This document shows positions 1 to 9,984 of a stretch of DNA of 64,000 bases, one piece after another. Under the pieces are notes generated by a model. That model had not been told where the DNA came from. It saw only the letters and a program-made list of their open reading frames with translations, and searched no databases. The position numbers were made by a program, and so were the translations under genes. Source of the DNA: an uncultured virus (IMG/VR IMGVR_UViG_3300025099_000013) (Duplodnaviria > Heunggongvirae > Uroviricota > Caudoviricetes); IMG/VR virus record IMGVR_UViG_3300025099_000013, one strand, 5' to 3'. Numbering within the stretch: the first letter of the stretch is position 1; every line of letters begins with the position of its first letter.

Positions 1-2
1 AT

Positions 3-1070
3 GACGGGTCAGATGGTAGCGACGGTTCTGCGGGAGCAGCAGCCGGATTTGGGACACCTACTGTTTCAACAGGCTCGGCAGGTTCAAACGCATCTATATC
101 TTCATCAGGTCCAAATACTGCTAAAATCTTTAATTTCACAATCCCCAGAGGAAATACAGGAGCAACTGGACCCTCAGGTAATGACGGTACTGACGGTTCG
201 GATGGAGCCGCTGCCGGATTCGGAACACCAAGCGTAAGTAGCGGTCCTTTAGCCATATCTAGCAGCGGTCCTAATACTGCAAAGGTTTTCGCATTTACTA
301 TACCACAAGGAGCAACAGGTCCTACTGGTGCTGCCGCCGGATTTGGAACACCCACAGCAAGTACAGGACCAATAGGCGTGACCGCAAGTGGTCCCAATAC
401 AGCAAAAGTATTCGCATTCTCAATACCTCAAGGTGCAACTGGTCCTACTGGACCTACGGGACCAACAGGTCCGACAGGTCCTACGGGACCAATAGGTCCG
501 ACTGGTCCGACTGGTCCTACTGGACCCGATGGTGATGATGGTTCAGATGGAAGCGATGGGTCAGATGGTACGGATGGAGCAGCAGCAGGGTTTGGAACTC
601 CAACAGTGACTACTGGAAATGCCGGAACGAATGCTTCAATCAGTTCAAGTGGTCCCAATACTGCTAAGGTTTTCGCTTTCACAATTCCTAGAGGAAACAC
701 AGGGGCGGCTGGCTCTGATGGTTCTGATGGTAATGATGGCTCTGATGGCGCAGCCGCAGGGTTTGGGACTCCAACTGCTTCGACTGGTCCAATAGGTGTA
801 ACCTCAAGTGGACCTAATACAGCGAAGGTCTTTGCATTCACTATACCGCAAGGTGCGACAGGACCAGCGGGAGCGGCAGCAGGGTTTGGTACGCCTACGG
901 CAAGCACAGGTCCAGTAGGTGTCACAGCAAGCGGACCAGATACAGCGAAAGTTTTTGCCTTTTCCATACCACAGGGAGCAGCAGGTAATGACGGTAATGA
1001 TGGTAATGACGGTGCTACAGGACCCACAGGACCCACAGGACCTACCGGTCCAACAGGACCAAGTGGCGTT
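3..1070 (+). repeat. Coding repeats: six ~33-40-aa non-collagen units interleaved with collagen triplet runs
   Basis: AAAGFGTP units begin near 36, 206, 330, 578, 748 and 873; synonymous codons vary between copies. Confidence 0.85.
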
Positions 1071-2525
1071 GCAGGTGGGTTAGATGACTTAACAGATGCT
1101 AAGGTCACTAGCAACAGTATATGGATAGGTCACCAAACCACAGGAAGTCTAAATAACGCATCAGATAATTTAGGTGTTGGTGTTGGTGCTCTAGATGCAA
1201 TCACAAGTGGGGATTCAAACGTGGCTTTGGGAAGAAATGCTCTTACTGCTTTAACAACTGCTGGTCAAATAACTGCGACAGGATATGGAGCAGGTAATAG
1301 TTTTACAACAGGAACAGGTTCAGTTTTCAATGGTTATAATGCAGGTCAAGGAATTAGCACAGGACATTGGAATGTCGCTATGGGATGGCACGCTTTGGCT
1401 GCTGCTAGTAATGCAGGGTCGGGTAATGTAGCAATAGGTTATTCAGTTCTCCAAGCGGGAACAGGGGCAAGTAATAACGTAGCAATAGGCTACGTAAGTA
1501 TGCACCAAATGACAACCGGAGACTATAACGTGGCTATTGGAGACCAATCACTTAAGCAGACTACGACTGGCTCTAACAACGTAGCGGTTGGAAGGTCAGC
1601 ACTTCAACAGGGTGATGCAGACCTTGCTAACAATACAGCGGTAGGTGCTTATGCAGGGACATATTCTAACGGGCATCATAATACATACATAGGTTATTCA
1701 ACAGGTCCACAGAGCGGAACAGGTAATACAGGAACATATAACGTAGCAATAGGATTTGGAGCAGGTGATGCACAGACCACAGCAGTTGGAAATGTTGTTG
1801 GTGGTAAGAATGCAGGAGGCTCATTAAACACAGGTGGATATAACGTAGGATTTGGGTATGAAACCTTAGACTTAGCGACAACAGCACAAGGAAACGTAGC
1901 GATAGGTTGGGGTGCGGCAGGTGGAGCAACATACACAGGCGGGGAAGCGGTTATGATTGGAAGAATGGCGGGTTATAATTTAACAAGTGCTAATCATTCA
2001 GTCTTTGTTGGTATGTCTGCGGGTAAAAATACATCCTCGGGTTCTAAAAATATCTGCATAGGATGGAACTCTGGAGATAATATTACAACAGGGTCTAACA
2101 ACGTAGTAATAGGTAGCGGTGATGTTCCTAGCGCAACAGGTAGTAAGCAATTACTAATTAATTCCGGTGATGGTTCATCAACTTACATTTCAGGAGATTC
2201 AGATGGTAATGTAACAGTACCTAATGACTTTAGAGCATATTCCGGTGCTTTGGTAAGTCTATCATCATCCACACAATTAACTGCCGCAGACCACGCAGGT
2301 AAATACATTAGAGCATGGGCTAACAATCTAACATTAACACTACCAGCAACCCCGGTCGCAGGTGAACAATATATAATAATAAGTGATACAACAAACACGG
2401 TCACTATTTCCCCGACAGCAAGTGATAATATCAATGGTGCTAACTCGAACATAACAATTACAACTAGGTATCAAGTCAAAACCTTTATAGCGGTTACGTC
2501 TAGTTCTTGGTTATGTATAGGATGA
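3..2525 (+). CDS. Collagen-like virion fibre protein, 5'-truncated by the window edge
   Basis: The frame of ORF 378..2525 is open back to position 3. It has Gly-X-Y runs (GPT, GSD, GND) alternating with repeated AAAGFGTPT..[17 protein letters not shown] units, then many NVAIG-type beta-roll repeats and a C-terminal TLTLP domain. Confidence 0.85.
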   Translation, partial: DGSDGSDGSAGAAAGFGTPTVSTGSAGSNASISSSGPNTAKIFNFTIPRGNTGATGPSGNDGTDGSDGAAAGFGTPSVSSGPLAISSSGPNTAKVFAFTIPQGATGPTGAAAGFGTPTASTGPIGVTASGPNTAKVFAFSIPQGATGPTGPTGPTGPTGPTGPIGPTGPTGPTGPDGDDGSDGSDGSDGTDGAAAGFGTPTVTTGNAGTNASISSSGPNTAKVFAFTIPRGNTGAAGSDGSDGNDGSDGAAAGFGTPTASTGPIGVTSSGPNTAKVFAFTIPQGATGPAGAAAGFGTPTASTGPVGVTASGPDTAKVFAFSIPQGAAGNDGNDGNDGATGPTGPTGPTGPTGPSGVAGGLDDLTDAKVTSNSIWIGHQTTGSLNNASDNLGVGVGALDAITSGDSNVALGRNALTALTTAGQITATGYGAGNSFTTGTGSVFNGYNAGQGISTGHWNVAMGWHALAAASNAGSGNVAIGYSVLQAGTGASNNVAIGYVSMHQMTTGDYNVAIGDQSLKQTTTGSNNVAVGRSALQQGDADLANNTAVGAYAGTYSNGHHNTYIGYSTGPQSGTGNTGTYNVAIGFGAGDAQTTAVGNVVGGKNAGGSLNTGGYNVGFGYETLDLATTAQGNVAIGWGAAGGATYTGGEAVMIGRMAGYNLTSANHSVFVGMSAGKNTSSGSKNICIGWNSGDNITTGSNNVVIGSGDVPSATGSKQLLINSGDGSSTYISGDSDGNVTVPNDFRAYSGALVSLSSSTQLTAADHAGKYIRAWANNLTLTLPATPVAGEQYIIISDTTNTVTISPTASDNINGANSNITITTRYQVKTFIAVTSSSWLCIG

Positions 2526-2531
2526 GTTAAG

Positions 2532-2813
2532 ATGACATTAGTAATAGAATATGAAACGCCTTATGGTATAACCTGCTCGAGCGCAGTATGTGTAATAAAG
2601 GATATTGTTTGCAGAAAAGATGATGATTATAAAGTAATATACACAGGTAAAATATATGCAGATGCTACTGCATATAGTGATGAAAAAGGAGCAATAGGGG
2701 CATTTCATGGGGATTTTACATTAGACATAACAAACGAAGCAGACCAAACTAACTTAGTAAGACAGTGCTATGCTGACCTTAAACTAACTTATCCCGATGG
2801 GATAGATGATTAA
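2532..2813 (+). CDS. Hypothetical fibre-associated protein (possible fibre assembly chaperone)
   Basis: 93-aa ORF directly after the fibre gene; function inferred from position only. Confidence 0.55.
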   Translation: MTLVIEYETPYGITCSSAVCVIKDIVCRKDDDYKVIYTGKIYADATAYSDEKGAIGAFHGDFTLDITNEADQTNLVRQCYADLKLTYPDGIDD

Positions 2814-3402
2814 GATGTATGGTGCGATAATAGCAGTAAGTTCTCAACAAGTTTCGGGGTCCGGTTCTGCACCAACAGGTGTGAGCATAGCCAGTTCTTC
2901 TAGTGGTAACTATGACAATGCTTTATTTACGGGAGATTTAGTATATGATTCCGAAGGTGGTAATTCACCGGATGTTCATATATTTCTTCCTTCAAGTTCA
3001 TTTACTTATAACTCGACTGACAATGTTTATCTAACAAGTACAACAGTTGATGTTGCTGATTTTAGTGGTTTTAATGGTATTGCAGGTGGTTCAGATATTG
3101 TACTAAAGGCATATTGTAGGGCAACAGACGCAACATCATTCCAATGGAATATGGTTTTAGGTGTTGAAACAAGCCTTACAAATGTATCAATGAGTGTTTA
3201 TGCTGCGGGTGGAACATCACAAGATAGCACAGGTAGTAGTGGGGCGGCTGTTATGAGAATGACTTTTGGTGGAGGTAAAGGAGGTTATACATTTCCCGTA
3301 GATGGTGATGAATTGGCATTAGAATTACAATGCACCGCTAGTAATTCAAGCGGTAGCACAGCAGCCACTCCCGTACGGATTAAGTTTAAGTACCAATCTT
3401 GA
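2806..3402 (+). CDS. Ser/Gly/Thr-rich beta-sandwich virion protein
   Basis: Composition and an Ig-like C-terminal strand (LQCTASNSSGST); alternative ATG at 2815. Confidence 0.55.
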   Translation: MIKMYGAIIAVSSQQVSGSGSAPTGVSIASSSSGNYDNALFTGDLVYDSEGGNSPDVHIFLPSSSFTYNSTDNVYLTSTTVDVADFSGFNGIAGGSDIVLKAYCRATDATSFQWNMVLGVETSLTNVSMSVYAAGGTSQDSTGSSGAAVMRMTFGGGKGGYTFPVDGDELALELQCTASNSSGSTAATPVRIKFKYQS

Positions 3403-3442
3403 TTACAAAAGACTTATAACTAATGACTTAGTGGGGAACCTC

Positions 3443-4012
3443 ATGCAACAATTCCCCGACTGGTTGATATGGGAGGCTTCCTTAGATGATGAGATGTGTG
3501 ATAAGATTTTAGAAGCCTGTGAGAAATTACCTAGTAAAAATGCAACAACATTTAGGGCAGGTGAAGACCCGCTATACGAAGACCCTAATAGAAAGACACA
3601 AATTAGATGGGTTCCTCGGGATGAAGAGCATGATTGGATAAATCAAATATTCGAGACATATTCAAGGGAGGCTAATAAACATTTTGGTATGGAATTATCC
3701 TACCTTCCCGAATTACAATTTACAGAATACAAAGATATAGGCTACAAATATGGGTGGCATCACGACATTGATTGGGGAAATCAGACAGGAACACATAGAA
3801 AAATATCCATAGTGCTACAACTATCAGACCCCGAAGATTATGAAGGTGGGGATTTTAAGTTTAGGCATATACAAAACCCTGATGGTGAATCACTAAAGAA
3901 AAGAGGAACTGTGATAGCATTCCTTTCTTATCAAGAACATTGTGTTGAAGAAATTACTGATGGTTCGAGAACAAGCCTTGTTGGTTGGTATCGTGGACCC
4001 CGATATAAGTAA
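3443..4012 (+). CDS. 2OG-Fe(II) oxygenase (prolyl-hydroxylase-like)
   Basis: WHHD (HxD), RKISIVLQL, YEGGDF, distal H and RTSLVGW (RxS). The ATG at 3443 lies 29 nt after the start of TTATAA at 3414. Confidence 0.9.
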   Translation: MQQFPDWLIWEASLDDEMCDKILEACEKLPSKNATTFRAGEDPLYEDPNRKTQIRWVPRDEEHDWINQIFETYSREANKHFGMELSYLPELQFTEYKDIGYKYGWHHDIDWGNQTGTHRKISIVLQLSDPEDYEGGDFKFRHIQNPDGESLKKRGTVIAFLSYQEHCVEEITDGSRTSLVGWYRGPRYK

Positions 4013-4045
4013 GGTTCATACAAGTATGGGACAATCCCTTTACTA

Positions 4046-4288
4046 ATGCCTAGCAACTCAGGTCCAGCCGTTCAAGATTTAAGATTAGAGAACCTAGAAA
4101 AAAGGGTTGAAAAACATGATGAGTTAATTGAAAAGATGGGTGATGGCTTAACATCACTTCATGTTCAACAAGCCGCACTTTATGAAACACAAGCGGTCAC
4201 TAATCAGATACTTACAGAAGGATTTAAGTTTATGAAAATAGGTCTAGCCGCTATTGCTTCTATATATGGTATAGACGGGATGATGTAA
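4046..4288 (+). CDS. Coiled-coil protein with C-terminal hydrophobic segment (XhlA/holin-like architecture)
   Basis: RLENLEKRVEKHD heptads followed by a hydrophobic C-terminus. Confidence 0.55.
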   Translation: MPSNSGPAVQDLRLENLEKRVEKHDELIEKMGDGLTSLHVQQAALYETQAVTNQILTEGFKFMKIGLAAIASIYGIDGMM

Positions 4289-4632
4289 TGGATGAAGGTC
4301 CTGAGACTGGGTTATTTTTTATATTAGTAGTCGCTTTTTTATTAGTAATTGCCCCACAATCAAGCATAGAGTATTATCAAGAAAACGGTAGTATTACTTG
4401 TCATAATGTGACCGGTAAGGTTATAGAAAAAGAAGCACCTTTTACTTTAATAGTCGAAGTGCATGATGAAGTTTCTAATGAAATTAAAATATATGATATG
4501 TATGTTTCACCGGAAGCGTATTCTAATTATTCCATTGGCAGTACACACATAGAGCCTATATGTACTATAACAGATTATGACTATTACAAAGAAATAATAG
4601 ACCGTCTATTAGAAAGCGGAATACTAGGATAA
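4288..4632 (+). CDS. Membrane-anchored hypothetical protein
   Basis: N-terminal TM segment LFFILVVAFLLVIA; TAATG translational coupling to the previous gene. Confidence 0.6.
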   Translation: MDEGPETGLFFILVVAFLLVIAPQSSIEYYQENGSITCHNVTGKVIEKEAPFTLIVEVHDEVSNEIKIYDMYVSPEAYSNYSIGSTHIEPICTITDYDYYKEIIDRLLESGILG

Positions 4633-4714
4633 CATTAATATCAACAGTAATTAGGGGCTACCTTCATATAGAGATTGGACCTATTCACTATACAGTATAG
4701 TATGAGGAAGAGAC

Positions 4715-5104
4715 ATGAGTACAAAGTTTAATGATAAGTTTATCTTAATAATCGGAGCACCAATAGTCCTAGCATGGGTATTATTTGCTTGTTATATTAT
4801 ATGGGCGGGAATGCACAACCAATCAGTTCTTGATAATCTTGACGGTTATACTACACTAATAGCAATCATAGGCGGTCCTGCTTTATTGATTATTAAAGAT
4901 GCTCTAGATATGTGGAAGCAACAACAGACAGCAGAGATTCAATTAATCCCTTCTATCAATGCACATAATATGGAATTAGTTTCACAAAAGAAATCGCACG
5001 AATTACAGATGGATAGATTTACGGTCACAGGAACAGAGACTATATCCCCTTTGATGCCTTCATCAATTGTTGGTAAAGACAAAGAAAAAGGTGCTAAGAA
5101 ATGA
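4715..5104 (+). CDS. Two-TM membrane protein (holin-like topology)
   Basis: Two hydrophobic segments and a basic C-terminus (KDKEKGAKK). Confidence 0.6.
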   Translation: MSTKFNDKFILIIGAPIVLAWVLFACYIIWAGMHNQSVLDNLDGYTTLIAIIGGPALLIIKDALDMWKQQQTAEIQLIPSINAHNMELVSQKKSHELQMDRFTVTGTETISPLMPSSIVGKDKEKGAKK

Positions 5105-5268
5105 GTGCTAATTTTGGGAAGATAATATATCATCCACCAGAGAAATGTTATGTTAATGTTTTTATTGAAGAAACAGCACATGGCTATAAGATATTCAAAG
5201 ATAAGGGGGATAATAGACCTCTATCTTTTATACCGTTTAGTGCGGTAAAACACATAGAATATAGGTGA
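5101..5268 (+). CDS. 55-aa hypothetical protein (below the ORF-track cutoff)
   Basis: MSANFGKIIYHPPEKCY...IPFSAVKHIEYR; ATGA overlap with the upstream stop; fills the gap exactly. Confidence 0.6.
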   Translation: MSANFGKIIYHPPEKCYVNVFIEETAHGYKIFKDKGDNRPLSFIPFSAVKHIEYR

Positions 5269-5273
5269 ATAAA

Positions 5274-5657
5274 ATGAGTAATAACACAACAGCAGAAACG
5301 TGCTTGAATGCACTTAACGAAACAATAGATTGCGTACCAATGGAGTCATCATCATTGATTGGTGATATAGAAATAATACTTCTAGCGGTAGTTGCCTTAG
5401 CAGGTATAGGGTCATTACTGTATAAGAAATATCTAGCCGTAAGTGCAGATGGTAAAATAACTCTTGATGAGTTATTAGATTCGGTTGGTGATGTAAAAGA
5501 AGCAGTTAAAGATGCAGAGGCAGAAATACAAAAGATTGAAACGACCCTTGAATCCCATAGTGTTGTTGAGTTGAAGGAAAAACTAAAGGCGGCTGGTCTT
5601 TCAGTACAAGGAAAGAAAGCAGACCTAATTCAAAGATTAAAGGATGCGCAAGAGTGA
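5274..5657 (+). CDS. Membrane-anchored protein with C-terminal SAP (HeH) domain
   Basis: TM segment IILLAVVALAGIGSLLY, a coiled coil, and SVVELKEKLKAAGLSVQGKKADLIQRL matching the SAP consensus. GGTGA RBS precedes ATG 5274. Confidence 0.8.
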   Translation: MSNNTTAETCLNALNETIDCVPMESSSLIGDIEIILLAVVALAGIGSLLYKKYLAVSADGKITLDELLDSVGDVKEAVKDAEAEIQKIETTLESHSVVELKEKLKAAGLSVQGKKADLIQRLKDAQE

Positions 5658-5662
5658 GATAA

Positions 5663-6190
5663 ATGTATTGTTCTGTTGCTGATGTTGGGTTAAGGCTAGG
5701 ACTTAATAGTGCTCAGCGGGTGCAAGCGAATACTAAGATTCTTAGTCATATAAGAAGAGCATCAATAGAAATAGACCAAGAGTTCAAGTATTACGGTAGG
5801 GCAACACCTTCACAAGAAATAGGTGAAACCACACTTAGCGGAGCACATACACCCGAAAGCACGACAGTTGATTTAACGAGCGGCTCATCTTTTTCATCTA
5901 GTGGTAAAGGAAATATTGACGGTGATTCTTTTTCGTGGACTGGTAAATCCTCTAACCAATTAACAGGAGTGACAGGTATTACACTTGACCACGCATCGGG
6001 TGTTACGGTACAAGAAGGTGAAATGGCTCACGTACTAAGAGAAATATGTGCTGATTTTGCAGCATCAATTTATCTTGAAGATGAATCAACATTTCAAAGA
6101 ACCGATGGTGAAGGTATGAGGGCTTCCGTTCTTCGTGAAAGAACAGAATCAACGCTAACTAGACTTGCACATATCGGTGGTGTTCAGTAA
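5663..6190 (+). CDS. Head-tail adaptor protein
   Basis: N-terminal YCSVADV motif typical of gp6/gp15-like adaptors; position ahead of the tail genes. Confidence 0.7.
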   Translation: MYCSVADVGLRLGLNSAQRVQANTKILSHIRRASIEIDQEFKYYGRATPSQEIGETTLSGAHTPESTTVDLTSGSSFSSSGKGNIDGDSFSWTGKSSNQLTGVTGITLDHASGVTVQEGEMAHVLREICADFAASIYLEDESTFQRTDGEGMRASVLRERTESTLTRLAHIGGVQ

Positions 6191-6891
6191 TGAGCAAATA
6201 TACTAAAAATGTTGGTAAGGACAAAGGCGGTCTGCATTTCAAATTAGTTACTGATACAACAGAGACTAAAAAGTACGCTAAGGATGTAGGTAAAAACGCA
6301 CCTACTGTTATGAATAATTTTCTTTTAGAACAAATGACAGTGGCTATGGAAGAGACAAGAGCATACCTAAAAGGAGTTAGATACACAAAAAACGCAACGG
6401 GACCTACAAGATGGGAGGTTAAGGGTGGCAGTAAAGGATTGGGTATGGCAGAATCCACAGAAAGAGCAACTAAAAAAATAGCAGACTCTTTAGTAGTAAG
6501 AAAAACTAGAGACGCTAATGTTGATAAAAGCACAGCATCAGTTTCTATGTGGAGCCAAGACCCAGAAAATCCTAATAATTTTACAGGTGCAGGTGTTAGA
6601 GGTTCTAGGGCAAGAAGTGGAAAGAAATACGCAGGTAAAATAGCACAGTATTACGAAGGAGGTAAAAGTGGGTTTGCTTACGGTGTTAATAGTAGTAGAC
6701 AGCACGATGGTTTCAGAAAACTAGCATATATGGCTAGGGCTCAAAAGAAAGTAGATATAAAATGGAGAACTAATATAGAGGCTTACTTAGAAAATAATTT
6801 AGGACCCGGAGGAGAGGTTATAGAACAGAGCACTTCTTCTTACAAACACGTTACAAGTAGAGATATTACAAAGATGATGAAATTAGTCTGA
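6190..6891 (+). CDS. Putative neck/tail-completion protein
   Basis: Basic 233-aa protein at the HK97-gp10-like position. Confidence 0.45.
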   Translation: MSKYTKNVGKDKGGLHFKLVTDTTETKKYAKDVGKNAPTVMNNFLLEQMTVAMEETRAYLKGVRYTKNATGPTRWEVKGGSKGLGMAESTERATKKIADSLVVRKTRDANVDKSTASVSMWSQDPENPNNFTGAGVRGSRARSGKKYAGKIAQYYEGGKSGFAYGVNSSRQHDGFRKLAYMARAQKKVDIKWRTNIEAYLENNLGPGGEVIEQSTSSYKHVTSRDITKMMKLV

Positions 6892-6900
6892 GGGATTAGA

Positions 6901-7965
6901 ATGAGTATAGCAACAACAAATCAATATTGGACTAGCCGTAATCACGGTGATGACCCTACCGCAAGTGATGGTGAAGTATGGTCTGCAACAGGCTCAGGTT
7001 CAGCAGATGGTGATTATTGGAAGATAACATCAAGTGGTTATTATTCGGTCACCCCTTCAACATCAGATGACTTAACAATACTAGCCACAGTATTCTATCC
7101 TAATGCGGCAGACATTCCCGCAGACGGAACGACTCTTATGCTACTAAGAAGCGACAGCCACGCCGTTGAAGTCCAATCCACAGGATTAGCCACAAGCGTA
7201 AAAATAGTGGGAGCAACAACCTCTACTTTTTCAGACTTAGACTTAACTATGGTAGATATAGAACCTTACATAACAACACTTAGGCTTACTTTAGATGCTT
7301 CGGGTAATGCTAAACTATATGTTCATGAGATTATGGAAGATGATTTCGGTACTGATAGGTCTTTATCCGTTACAGGCTCTAGTGACACAACAGGAAGATT
7401 AATAAAATGGGGTAGTAGTGATGGTGAAACTAAATGGGGTTCAGTATATGCAACCCATCATGGGGCATTCAATCCCGATGAGTTATCACAATCAGCATTT
7501 TATCAAGCAACACTAAACAGGTTAGGTCTATCACTTAGAAATACACTAAGGAATAGTAAAAGAGGTACTATAAAAGAAATCCCCGATTCAAGCATAGTTT
7601 ATGGTTATGACCTTTCTTCTGCTATGATAATGAGATTAACCCCACCAACCATACATATACTTACTAGCGGCAGTGGCTCTGATAGTTTCGATACACTAGG
7701 GGGAACAAGTATCTATCAAAACAATGATGCTCGTATAATGATTACAACAAAAGGAACGGACTATAAAGAATCCTACCGCTTCGGATTAAGAATACTAGGT
7801 GATGTATTTGATGAATTATACACCAATACAGGACTAAACGGTAGCATAGATTCACTAACAAGTTATGAAGTATCACTAGATACTAAGGTCGATAATGATG
7901 AAATGATATGTATTCACCAATTAAGTTTAACTTATATGCGAAGAGAACGTATGGTTCATCGCTAA
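6901..7965 (+). CDS. Putative tail terminator with an N-terminal beta-sandwich extension
   Basis: Lies immediately before the tail tube; the C-terminal ~150 aa has a terminator-like pattern. Confidence 0.5.
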   Translation: MSIATTNQYWTSRNHGDDPTASDGEVWSATGSGSADGDYWKITSSGYYSVTPSTSDDLTILATVFYPNAADIPADGTTLMLLRSDSHAVEVQSTGLATSVKIVGATTSTFSDLDLTMVDIEPYITTLRLTLDASGNAKLYVHEIMEDDFGTDRSLSVTGSSDTTGRLIKWGSSDGETKWGSVYATHHGAFNPDELSQSAFYQATLNRLGLSLRNTLRNSKRGTIKEIPDSSIVYGYDLSSAMIMRLTPPTIHILTSGSGSDSFDTLGGTSIYQNNDARIMITTKGTDYKESYRFGLRILGDVFDELYTNTGLNGSIDSLTSYEVSLDTKVDNDEMICIHQLSLTYMRRERMVHR

Positions 7966-8017
7966 GACTAAATAGGTATTGGCTCGATGCGTAGGCTACC
8001 AGCCGAGGTAATTAATT

Positions 8018-9106
8018 ATGGCTAATATGCAAAGCAGATACTTATACATCAATGTCGAAGGGGCAACAACATACGGACAATCAGCAACAACCGCTAAGAA
8101 ATACGGAGAAGTGGATGATGAATCATTCACACCTAACTTTGATATAATGACAAGGGAAGATATTTCACGATATGGTCCACGTAAAACAGTAATAGGTATG
8201 GAGACTGCTACTGGTGATATTAATTTCGCTATGCTTGGTGATACGTTTTGTAATACAGTAATCGCTAACATATACAATGCGGCAGCAACAACAGGTCCTG
8301 TTAGCAGTTGTTACACAACCTTACTGACAGAAGACCCTACAAAGTCTGACTCAGCAGCATCAACAGCATCAACCGGAGTATATACAGGAAATAATTCCTT
8401 TACTATTGGAGTTGGTCGTGAAGGTCGTGAACATAGATACTTAGGTCAAGTATTGAATAGTTTAACTATTAGTGCTAATGTTGGTGAATATGTTATGTGC
8501 TCTGCATCTTTCTTAGGATGTGGTGAGGATAACTCAGCAGAACACGCTTTAGCGATTCCGGCAGATACAGTATTTCACGGTAATGATGCTTTCCACTTTG
8601 AAGGAGCACACGTTGCTTTTGAAGGTGTTGCATCAACAAGTAATGAAAGAAGCAAGTTAGTAAAATCAGTCGAATTAAACTTCAACATGAATAGAGATGC
8701 TGATTCCGCTACTGCATTAGGTAGTAATTCTTATTCCCGTATGCCTGTACCCGGAGTTAGAGAAATCACAGGAACAATCGAGTTCAACAGAGTTATTCAC
8801 GACAATTTAAGTGATACATCACTAAACGACGTAATGAAAGAACCATTTTACAAAGAATTAGCAGCAGGTTTAACAGTTGTTGGAACAGCAGCAGACCCCG
8901 CATTAAGCGTTATGTATAACGGAGCAGCAAATGAAAGTCTTTTGATTGATATTTATTCCCTTCAATACGATGCACCCGATTCAACAATAAGCGGAAGAGA
9001 CAGACAAACACTAAAAGTTTCCTTTACAGCACTATACAATGAAGCAACACATAGTATGTCAAAAGCAACACTTAAGAGCACACTATCCGCTTATCCAAAT
9101 GCGTGA
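8018..9106 (+). CDS. Major tail tube protein
   Basis: Phage-tube-like motifs (E..TYG, G.REITGTIEF, VSFTALY); position upstream of the chaperone and tape measure. Confidence 0.8.
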   Translation: MANMQSRYLYINVEGATTYGQSATTAKKYGEVDDESFTPNFDIMTREDISRYGPRKTVIGMETATGDINFAMLGDTFCNTVIANIYNAAATTGPVSSCYTTLLTEDPTKSDSAASTASTGVYTGNNSFTIGVGREGREHRYLGQVLNSLTISANVGEYVMCSASFLGCGEDNSAEHALAIPADTVFHGNDAFHFEGAHVAFEGVASTSNERSKLVKSVELNFNMNRDADSATALGSNSYSRMPVPGVREITGTIEFNRVIHDNLSDTSLNDVMKEPFYKELAAGLTVVGTAADPALSVMYNGAANESLLIDIYSLQYDAPDSTISGRDRQTLKVSFTALYNEATHSMSKATLKSTLSAYPNA

Positions 9107-9117
9107 GGTGATTAAGT

Positions 9118-9381
9118 ATGGCAAAAGACGGTAAGCACAATAAACACAACCCTTCTATTAGAGGCGGTTCAAGAAAGTTTGAAATGGATGAGAAGAAAAG
9201 ACTATACAAATTATCCGGTGGCAGACCAGCACGATACAATAAACTAATGGCTGATATTGAAGCAGCACAGTTAGCAGAATTAGAAGACCTAAAGAAAGAG
9301 GTCGAAGAGAAGGCAAAGGCAGAAGCCAAGCCAAAGAAAAAGAAAAGTAAGAGTGTGAAGAAGGATGCCGATAAGAAGTAA
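9118..9381 (+). CDS. Small Lys-rich hypothetical protein
   Basis: GAGGTGA RBS; very basic C-terminus. Confidence 0.55.
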   Translation: MAKDGKHNKHNPSIRGGSRKFEMDEKKRLYKLSGGRPARYNKLMADIEAAQLAELEDLKKEVEEKAKAEAKPKKKKSKSVKKDADKK

Positions 9382-9727
9382 GCAATTTGAATTAAACGAT
9401 GGAAGAAAAGTTTGGGTTCGCCAAGCATCGGGTATAGAAAAATTACCATTAGAAACAGCACACGCTAAGGCTCTGCGTAAGTGCAGACATTTCGGGATGA
9501 ACCCAACAGAATGGACCGAAGAACAACAAGATACTTTTTTTGATATGGTCGAAGATTACGGGGCAGGTTTGGCTAATCAAATCGCTTTGTTAATTCCCCT
9601 ATGCGTAGGAAAATATGAGGATGGTACTGAATGTGATACTAATGAATTACTTTCAGAAGAAATAGTACCCTTACTTGCTTTTATTAGAGGCGAGGAGGAC
9701 GAGGGTGCTGTCCCTTTGGTCAAATGA
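9365..9727 (+). CDS. Tail assembly chaperone (gpG-like)
   Basis: Lies between tube and tape measure and ends in a slippery heptamer. Confidence 0.75.
   Translation: MPIRSKQFELNDGRKVWVRQASGIEKLPLETAHAKALRKCRHFGMNPTEWTEEQQDTFFDMVEDYGAGLANQIALLIPLCVGKYEDGTECDTNELLSEEIVPLLAFIRGEEDEGAVPLVK
9712..9718 (+). other. -1 programmed ribosomal frameshift site C CCT TTG
   Basis: X XXY YYZ heptamer in the 0-frame of the chaperone; the -1 frame reads CCC TTT GGT CAA ATG into ORF 9724..9984. Confidence 0.75.
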
Positions 9728-9984
9728 GTTTTCTATTACCCGCAGTTTGCTCTACATTTAAGGGTGTATCACCATCATATTTTGCGGAAAGATGGCTTGA
9801 CCCAGTAGTAGGTAGAGCACGTATGGAATTAGACGCCTCTATTGCATCAGAAATTAACGAACAGTTAAACGAGAACTATAATAAAGGTAATTCTAAAAAG
9901 GATTTATCCAAAGAGGCTAAAGGAGCAGTGGCTCGTAGGAATCAACGTAGAGCGGAACGTAGGAAAAGAGGGGGTGATAAGTAA
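9724..9984 (+). CDS. Tail assembly chaperone frameshift extension (gpT-like)
   Basis: In the -1 frame relative to the upstream ORF; abuts the tape measure start. Confidence 0.7.
   Translation: MSFLLPAVCSTFKGVSPSYFAERWLDPVVGRARMELDASIASEINEQLNENYNKGNSKKDLSKEAKGAVARRNQRRAERRKRGGDK

Noticed and set aside
1..1114. ORFs 1..237(+) and 428..1114(-)
   Set aside because: Off-frame and antisense shadows of the repetitive collagen fibre frame.
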